Under the pieces are notes generated by a model. The model was not told where the DNA came from, made no database searches, and saw only the letters and a list, made by a program, of their open reading frames with translations. 64,000 nucleotides of DNA, taken from IMG/VR virus record IMGVR_UViG_3300033153_007973, positions 170,009 through 234,008 of that record; one strand, written 5' to 3'. The position numbers and the translations under genes are program-made. Of the stretch, positions 58,483-64,000 are shown one piece after another (positions within the stretch are counted from its first letter, which is position 1; each line of letters opens with the position of its first letter).

Positions 58483-59082
58483 CTAACGTATAAATAGCGG
58501 CCGTTCGACCGCTTTACTTATCAATTCTAGATTTCTCACAAATGCTGATGCTATTGCCTTCTTGTATTCCTTCTTGCGATCAGCATCACCTCTTAGTATT
58601 GCTGCTGGATGATAAATGGGCATGATATCAATATTAAATCCATCAGAAACTGTTAGTGTTGAAATTTTACCATTGACTTCTCCGATTCTGACCTGGGCTA
58701 GTCCAATCTTTTCCTTTTGGGTTAGTGCCCAGTAAGCAGTAGCACCAACAGATATAATCATCTTTGGTCTGATCTTCTGAATCTCTTGGATGAGGATTTC
58801 TGCATCCTCACTGATTTCTTTCTCAGTGGGACGTCTTGTTCTTCCTCTGTCATCAGTGGGAAAGAACTTCACGACATTTGTCATGATATAATCGCCTTCC
58901 TCTATGCCAGCCCATTGTAGTATCTGCTGGAGTAACTGTCCTGATTTGCCAGCAAATGGTATTGGTACTGATACTGATTCCATGCCAGGACTCTTTAGGA
59001 CATGACCTATCTCATCTTTCCCAGGGCCTTCGCCGACTATCATAATTGGTGCTAGGATCGAGCCTCTTGAATAACAGTTCAT
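58483..59082 (-). CDS. uracil-DNA glycosylase, family 4-like
   Basis: 'IMIVGEGPG..E', 'PFAGKSG', 'MTNVVK', 'RPT', 'PIYHPAAILR'. Confidence 0.88.
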   Translation of the reverse strand: MNCYSRGSILAPIMIVGEGPGKDEIGHVLKSPGMESVSVPIPFAGKSGQLLQQILQWAGIEEGDYIMTNVVKFFPTDDRGRTRRPTEKEISEDAEILIQEIQKIRPKMIISVGATAYWALTQKEKIGLAQVRIGEVNGKISTLTVSDGFNIDIMPIYHPAAILRGDADRKKEYKKAIASAFVRNLELISKAVERPLFIR

Positions 59083-59128
59083 TGTCTCTCCTCGAATCTT
59101 TTTTAGCGGGGACAGGTTTTGACCCCCT

Positions 59129-59344
59129 TTAAGCATCGAATATGATCTCTTTGAGCTTACATGTATGATCGAGTGTCTTAAGTTTACGTATTAATACATT
59201 GATTTTGAGTGCTAGTGCTGCAAGCGTACCTGACACATGATGCAAGAGTTTGTTTCCGCAGTCATATTCATCTTGAAGATCTACATAGTTTAAGTATGCG
59301 ATCTTGAGTCTCCACTTCCAGAATGCTATGCGCATTTTTCGCAT
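59129..59344 (-). CDS. hypothetical protein
   Basis: Small ORF coupled to the UDG gene. Confidence 0.4.
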   Translation of the reverse strand: MRKMRIAFWKWRLKIAYLNYVDLQDEYDCGNKLLHHVSGTLAALALKINVLIRKLKTLDHTCKLKEIIFDA

Positions 59345-59523
59345 ACTCTGATCTCCTTCACGATCTCCCATCCTTTAGTGGTAATAGAAGCACCATTTCT
59401 ATCGGTGATGAGATTGCCATGCCTGTCTTTAGGCTGATATTCCTTATCTCGTTTCTCGGTGACGATCAGAGAACCTTTCTCTCCTAAATCAGTTGTTCGT
59501 CCACATCTTCCACAGTTAAACAT
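59326..59523 (-). CDS. small Zn-finger protein
   Basis: 'CGRC' and 'CEKC'; SD AGGAGG. Confidence 0.55.
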   Translation of the reverse strand: MFNCGRCGRTTDLGEKGSLIVTEKRDKEYQPKDRHGNLITDRNGASITTKGWEIVKEIRVCEKCA

Positions 59524-59537
59524 ATTTCCTCCTAGTA

Positions 59538-59987
59538 TTATGTATAATTGCTATTCTCTTTACAGATATGGTCTGCCGTACCTGCATTTATATTATATGT
59601 TTCATAGCAGAATTGACATGTTCTCCATCCACATGAGTATGCCCATTCTTCGACAGCATCTTTTGCTTCTTTCAGACCAGTATTATAGAATTCTCTATGT
59701 TTTTTGATGGCCTGGATTTTTTTGCCCTGGATAAACAATTCATGCCATTCTTTGTCTGCTTCATCTCTTTCTAGTTCACCTTTGAGGAGGCCTCCAACAT
59801 GTGCTATCGATGGTAAGGCTGTTAGTCTACTTGTTAGTGATACAATACAACAGTTGTGTCCATCCCACCATTGGCATTGTTCCTCGTGACAGGTTGTAAA
59901 TACGGGAGTATCATACGATGGATCATTTGGAGTTGGTCTAGACTTTACGAATGATAATGGACAGATCTTATATTTTGGATCTTTCAT
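59538..59987 (-). CDS. Cys-rich protein with a ribosomal L7/L12 C-terminal-like motif
   Basis: 'GKKIQAIKKHREFYNTGLKEAKDAVE' matches the bL12 KI.VIK.VR....GLKEAK..VE consensus. Confidence 0.7.
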   Translation of the reverse strand: MKDPKYKICPLSFVKSRPTPNDPSYDTPVFTTCHEEQCQWWDGHNCCIVSLTSRLTALPSIAHVGGLLKGELERDEADKEWHELFIQGKKIQAIKKHREFYNTGLKEAKDAVEEWAYSCGWRTCQFCYETYNINAGTADHICKENSNYT

Positions 59988-59988
59988 G

Positions 59989-60189
59989 TTAGTCCTTTGA
60001 CATTAGTTTCTTTTCGATCTGTCGTGCGAACTCCTTTGTGATTCTTAGCTTGGGACTACCCTGTTGTCCTTTCAGTGTACGCTTAATCTTTCCGTTGTGG
60101 ATCTCGAGTGACATTCTGATTCCAACACCGGCAAGTATTTTAACTTTGTTTCCTTCGACGATCGCTTTTCTTATTCCTAACATTATCAT
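59989..60189 (-). CDS. hypothetical protein
   Basis: SD GGAGG; basic small protein. Confidence 0.45.
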   Translation of the reverse strand: MIMLGIRKAIVEGNKVKILAGVGIRMSLEIHNGKIKRTLKGQQGSPKLRITKEFARQIEKKLMSKD

Positions 60190-60421
60190 CCTCCCAGCAG
60201 CAGCTTGTGGATCCTACCTTCCTAGAGAGGATCCTCCTAGTTTCTGATGCTTTCCTTGCTTTCTCCTTGTCGTTATCGTTCTTCCTAGGTATGAGTTTTC
60301 GCAATGGGAATGCAAGTCGGAATATTTCATACAAGCTTCTCATTATTGGATATACAATAATGATAAGTACAGCAAATGCTGATATAATAATCGCAATGGT
60401 CTTGACCATTATTGTGAACAC
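60140..60421 (-). CDS. small membrane protein
   Basis: N-terminal TM helix. Confidence 0.4.
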   Translation of the reverse strand: MFTIMVKTIAIIISAFAVLIIIVYPIMRSLYEIFRLAFPLRKLIPRKNDNDKEKARKASETRRILSRKVGSTSCCWEDDNVRNKKSDRRRKQS

Positions 60422-61212
60422 TCCAGTTCAATGTCGTATGGACATTCTCTATGTACTTTTGTGCGCGTTATTTCTGCATACTTACAGAGCTTTGCGTAAC
60501 AAGGAATGTTTCTCTCTCTTGCTTTGGGAGCGAGTACTCTTTTTATGCAGGGTGATGCGTATGTATGTAAATTCTTCACTCTCCATAGTGTATCGAGTGA
60601 TGATCCAAGCAGACCCATTGATGCTTCAAGTGTGTCTGGATTTGTTATTCCCTTAGCTATTGGAATAGTCACATTAATCTCTGATAGTTGAATGCCTGAG
60701 CTTTCTAGTGTTTTCTGCATTTCTGTTATCATATCTAGTGTAACTAGTTCATCCAGAATTAGATTAATAGTTATAGTAACAGTAGGCGAGATCTTGCCCA
60801 GTGTTATCTTTGGGAGTCTTATCATTTCGCTAGACTGTACTGATAGAAATAGGTCGCCAAAGTTCACACAGTTCTTAATCAGTGTAGCTAATGTGTTTCC
60901 ATATTCTGCTGCTGTATTGTATAGTGCAATTACTCCGAGTTTTATAAGCTTATCTGCGACCTGTTTGTCTAGGATTTGTAGCTGATGATCGAGTAGGTCT
61001 ATTGCTTGTCTGTTATGTGGAATAGATAAGAGTAATGTTCCATGTTCTTTTACGTACATTCGGATTATGTTTGCTGTATAAGATAGTTCATCTTCCATAC
61101 TTATATTCTTGTCCCAGTCTGCGCCGAATCTGCGTTTAAGGTAACAGAAACTACAGTTTGCTTCACACTTGCCTGGAACATTTAGGACTAGGCAATCGAT
61201 TTCTTTGTTCAT
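60409..61212 (-). CDS. divergent radical SAM-like protein
   Basis: 'GKCEANCSFCY' CxxxCxxC near the N-terminus; 'LFLSVQ'. Confidence 0.55.
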   Translation of the reverse strand: MNKEIDCLVLNVPGKCEANCSFCYLKRRFGADWDKNISMEDELSYTANIIRMYVKEHGTLLLSIPHNRQAIDLLDHQLQILDKQVADKLIKLGVIALYNTAAEYGNTLATLIKNCVNFGDLFLSVQSSEMIRLPKITLGKISPTVTITINLILDELVTLDMITEMQKTLESSGIQLSEINVTIPIAKGITNPDTLEASMGLLGSSLDTLWRVKNLHTYASPCIKRVLAPKARERNIPCYAKLCKYAEITRTKVHRECPYDIELECSQ

Positions 61213-61466
61213 GGTACTATCCTTGTTTGTTGATATCCAACAACGAATGTGCTTGCTGCTGATGTTATTGCTCCTAGGATATCAAACATAATGTTATCCT
61301 CGTTGCCATCTTGTGATCCATATTTTCTTCTGCAGATTGCATTTACAAGTATTCCACCTTCTAGAACTACATTGACCTTTCTTGGAAGGATTTCGAACTT
61401 TGCCTTCGGGAAGACATATAATAGTCCTGCAGTAATACCTGTTAAGACCAGGGATACACTAATCAT
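61209..61466 (-). CDS. hypothetical protein
   Basis: ATGA-coupled on both sides. Confidence 0.4.
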   Translation of the reverse strand: MISVSLVLTGITAGLLYVFPKAKFEILPRKVNVVLEGGILVNAICRRKYGSQDGNEDNIMFDILGAITSAASTFVVGYQQTRIVP

Positions 61467-62233
61467 TCTTTTCTGTCCCCTGGAAGATGAGCAGGCATGT
61501 CCTTAGATATCTTAGGTGCTGTTTCTTTACAGCACTCAGGAGTTGGGTCGAACAGGGAATCGAGGCCAACTTTCCTTCTTTCTTCATCAACACCTTTTGG
61601 ATCAAACATTTCTCCTTCTAGTCTGGATTCCATATCTTTCTTAATAACTAAGCCGAAGTAGTTTCTTAGAGCGAAGAGGAACGATAATTGATATGGATTA
61701 ATCACACAAACCAACTTCCAGAATTGATTCTGTATCGTCTCAGATCGTGATGGTGATGGTGATTTTGATTCATCATCATCATTATCGGTTGTTTCTTGTG
61801 TTGTTGACAGATACGATAGAAGCGTCATGTTTGCAAGACACATGTCTGCTCTTCCCTCTCTTAATAGTCCACTGCGGGGAAAGCGGGAAGTGTGGTTTCC
61901 CATAGTTGCAATTTTCTTTGTGTCTTTATTTGCGAGGAATCCTCTGAGAAACAATGGACAAAACCTGCATTCCATCTCTTCCTCATTAATAACCTTACCT
62001 ACCATCTTACAGAAGATACCATTATCGATATCATCTTCATTGTTACTTGATTTCCGCTTGGAATCTTTCTTTATTCCATCAGAAACAATAGCAGTCATAC
62101 TCTTCTCATCTGCGACCCATTGTGAAACAGTGTTAGCAATCCATTCTGCTAGTGCATGTGCTTCCTCTACTACATTGTCAACAAGCGTTTTGTCCAATGA
62201 ATGTCTATCGTTTTTCTTTGTTTCGTCTGGCAT
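61463..62233 (-). CDS. hypothetical protein with Cys motifs
   Basis: 'FC...CRFCP', 'CLAN', 'CVINP'. Confidence 0.5.
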   Translation of the reverse strand: MPDETKKNDRHSLDKTLVDNVVEEAHALAEWIANTVSQWVADEKSMTAIVSDGIKKDSKRKSSNNEDDIDNGIFCKMVGKVINEEEMECRFCPLFLRGFLANKDTKKIATMGNHTSRFPRSGLLREGRADMCLANMTLLSYLSTTQETTDNDDDESKSPSPSRSETIQNQFWKLVCVINPYQLSFLFALRNYFGLVIKKDMESRLEGEMFDPKGVDEERRKVGLDSLFDPTPECCKETAPKISKDMPAHLPGDRKE

Positions 62234-64000
62234 CTACTTCTCCTTTTTAGCTACTAGCTTGTCATTCTCTATCTTGAGGAATACTGTTGTTCCCGTTGGT
62301 AGTCCTTCTTTTATGATCTCATTCGCGATTTGGTCTGTAACCTCAGTTTCGATAATCCTCTTGACCTCTCGAGCACCATAGAGTTCGACCTTTTCGTTAT
62401 CCTTAACTCTTTTCATCATATGATCAATAACTCCATCCTTGATGCTGATCTTATATGAGGAAAACTCTCCGAGATGGTTTAGTTGATATTGTAGGATTCT
62501 CTTGAGAGGTTTATCAGATAGAGATTTGAAGTATACGATCATATTAAGTCTGTTAATAAACTCTGGGCTCATAAACCCCTTGATTTCATCACTGACCTTT
62601 TCTTTGGATGATTCGTCCTTGCTTTTACCAAAACCCATTCCATATTTAATGCTTCGCTTTGTGCCTAGATTACTGGTCATAATAATGATACAGTGTCTGA
62701 ATGTTACCTCTCTATCTCTGCTATCGGTTAGTCTTCCATCTTCAAGTACTTGAAGTAAAGCGTTCAGGATATCTGGATGTGCCTTCTCGATCTCATCAAG
62801 TAGTAAGACACAATGAGGTCTATTATATACCTTATTAGTGAGCTGTCCTCCCTTATCGAAGCCAATATATCCGGGAGGTGCTCCAATCAGTTTGCTTACA
62901 CTGTGTCTTTCCATGTATTCAGACATATCGAATCTGACCAGTGACTTATCGCTGCCAAACATTAGCTCTGCAATCTGAGTGGCAAGCCATGTTTTTCCAA
63001 CACCAGTTGGTCCCACAAATAGGAAACTTGCAGGTCTTTGGGGATCACTTAAGCCAAGACTCTTTCTTTTGATGGCTTTACAGATCGATGATATAGCATC
63101 ATCTTGACCATAAACTTTCTCTTTCACATAAGGTTCCAACATTTGCAGTAATTTAACAGAGTCTGCAGTAATTGCTGCAAGTGGGACATTCGGAGAGATA
63201 TCAGCAACAATTCTTAATGTATCACTGACTTCCTCTCTATTAATGTCAGCAGTATCAGCAACTAGCATTGCTTTTGCTAGGCTCTCGTTTCCACTTGCTT
63301 CAATCAGCTTCTTCAGAAGGGGAATATTTCCGTCCCGGATTTCCTTCTCGATATCAGTCTCAAGAAAGCTTGAGTCCTTTGTAATCTTTACTCTCTTGGT
63401 TGCACATGTGATTTCCATCAGAGTTAATGTTTTTGTTGGTTGGCTTGCTTCACTATGGAACTTAGTTGATACGTCAACTGCATAATCGAGTACATCATCA
63501 GCGATCTTACAGTTAAAATCATACTCAAACTTCTTAGCCTTGATATGCATGATTTTCTTTGTCTCTTCATCAGAAGGTTCAGACACACGGATCACCACCG
63601 CACTCTTCTTTAGCTCTTTGGATGTATCCACAATAGCCGAATATTCACTTTCGTCACATGTAACAAGGACTCTGTTGTGCTTACGCATTGTATTAATCTG
63701 TTGAGCATGTTGCTTACCAGCACCATCAAACACACCTATTGCTCTGGACTGTTCTGCAGATCCAGGCAGTTGTAGGCCTTGAATTGTGTTAGTCGGTATG
63801 TTAGGTTGGATCATTTGCATTTGTCCCTGAGCTAACTCAACTGGTGGTTGAAGATACTTACTTGTATCAAGGAGTACCATTCCGTTTAATTGAGGAATAG
63901 CATTGAATGCAAGTAGTCGTGCGAGTCCTTTTACAACAGAGGTCTTACCGACACCAGTTTTACCAATAACAAATGGAACTCTGTTCTTTCTAGCTATGCA
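62234..64000 (-). CDS. ClpA/B/C-family AAA+ chaperone (5' end outside window)
   Basis: Frame is open to the window edge, with 'IGKTGVGKTS'. AAA2: 'FLFVGPTGVGKT', 'FDMSEY', 'IGAPPGYIG', 'LDEIEKAHP', 'GARE'. Confidence 0.9.
   Translation of the reverse strand, partial: CIARKNRVPFVIGKTGVGKTSVVKGLARLLAFNAIPQLNGMVLLDTSKYLQPPVELAQGQMQMIQPNIPTNTIQGLQLPGSAEQSRAIGVFDGAGKQHAQQINTMRKHNRVLVTCDESEYSAIVDTSKELKKSAVVIRVSEPSDEETKKIMHIKAKKFEYDFNCKIADDVLDYAVDVSTKFHSEASQPTKTLTLMEITCATKRVKITKDSSFLETDIEKEIRDGNIPLLKKLIEASGNESLAKAMLVADTADINREEVSDTLRIVADISPNVPLAAITADSVKLLQMLEPYVKEKVYGQDDAISSICKAIKRKSLGLSDPQRPASFLFVGPTGVGKTWLATQIAELMFGSDKSLVRFDMSEYMERHSVSKLIGAPPGYIGFDKGGQLTNKVYNRPHCVLLLDEIEKAHPDILNALLQVLEDGRLTDSRDREVTFRHCIIIMTSNLGTKRSIKYGMGFGKSKDESSKEKVSDEIKGFMSPEFINRLNMIVYFKSLSDKPLKRILQYQLNHLGEFSSYKISIKDGVIDHMMKRVKDNEKVELYGAREVKRIIETEVTDQIANEIIKEGLPTGTTVFLKIENDKLVAKKEK

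Noticed and set aside
1-64000. Stop-codon reassignment (alternative genetic code)
   Set aside because: Conserved genes (PolB, NrdD, RecA, primase) are full length in code 11, and TAA, TAG and TGA all end genes.
62234-64000. Specific clpB/clpC gene symbol
   Set aside because: The N-terminus is outside the window and the middle domain looks short, so the subfamily cannot be assigned.

Overview
The window looks like a 64-kb segment of a large, uncultivated-type dsDNA bacteriophage: AT-rich, gene-dense, with Shine-Dalgarno sites, sigma70-like TTGACA boxes and the standard genetic code. Bases 1-13064 (+) hold two tail/virion-type genes, then a cluster of about 11 glycan-building enzymes (glycosyltransferases, a pyruvyltransferase-family protein, methyl- and acyltransferases, a B12-dependent radical SAM enzyme). 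Bases 13027-64000 (-) form one long replication/recombination arm: RuvC-like resolvase, primase-helicase, SNF2 helicase, Sak/Rad52, NrdD/NrdG, RecA plus a RecA paralog, DnaX-like loader, beta-clamp-like protein, PolB, Cas4-like nuclease, Rad50-like ATPase, SSB, UDG, two lytic enzymes, an AAA-DUF1257-DUF2997 triad and a Clp ATPase. Three features stand out. (1) A 359-aa intein in the SNF2 helicase whose endonuclease is not in frame: it is a separate gene with its own RBS, overprinted in the +1 frame, while the intein frame stays open. (2) A 352-nt RNA with a complete tRNA acceptor/D/T shell whose anticodon arm opens into a 283-nt pseudoknotted, tmRNA-like body, but with A3-U70 instead of the alanine G3-U70 pair. 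(3) A second tRNA-like shell with a three-hairpin insert. Protein family calls come from motif recognition by eye; no database search was run.
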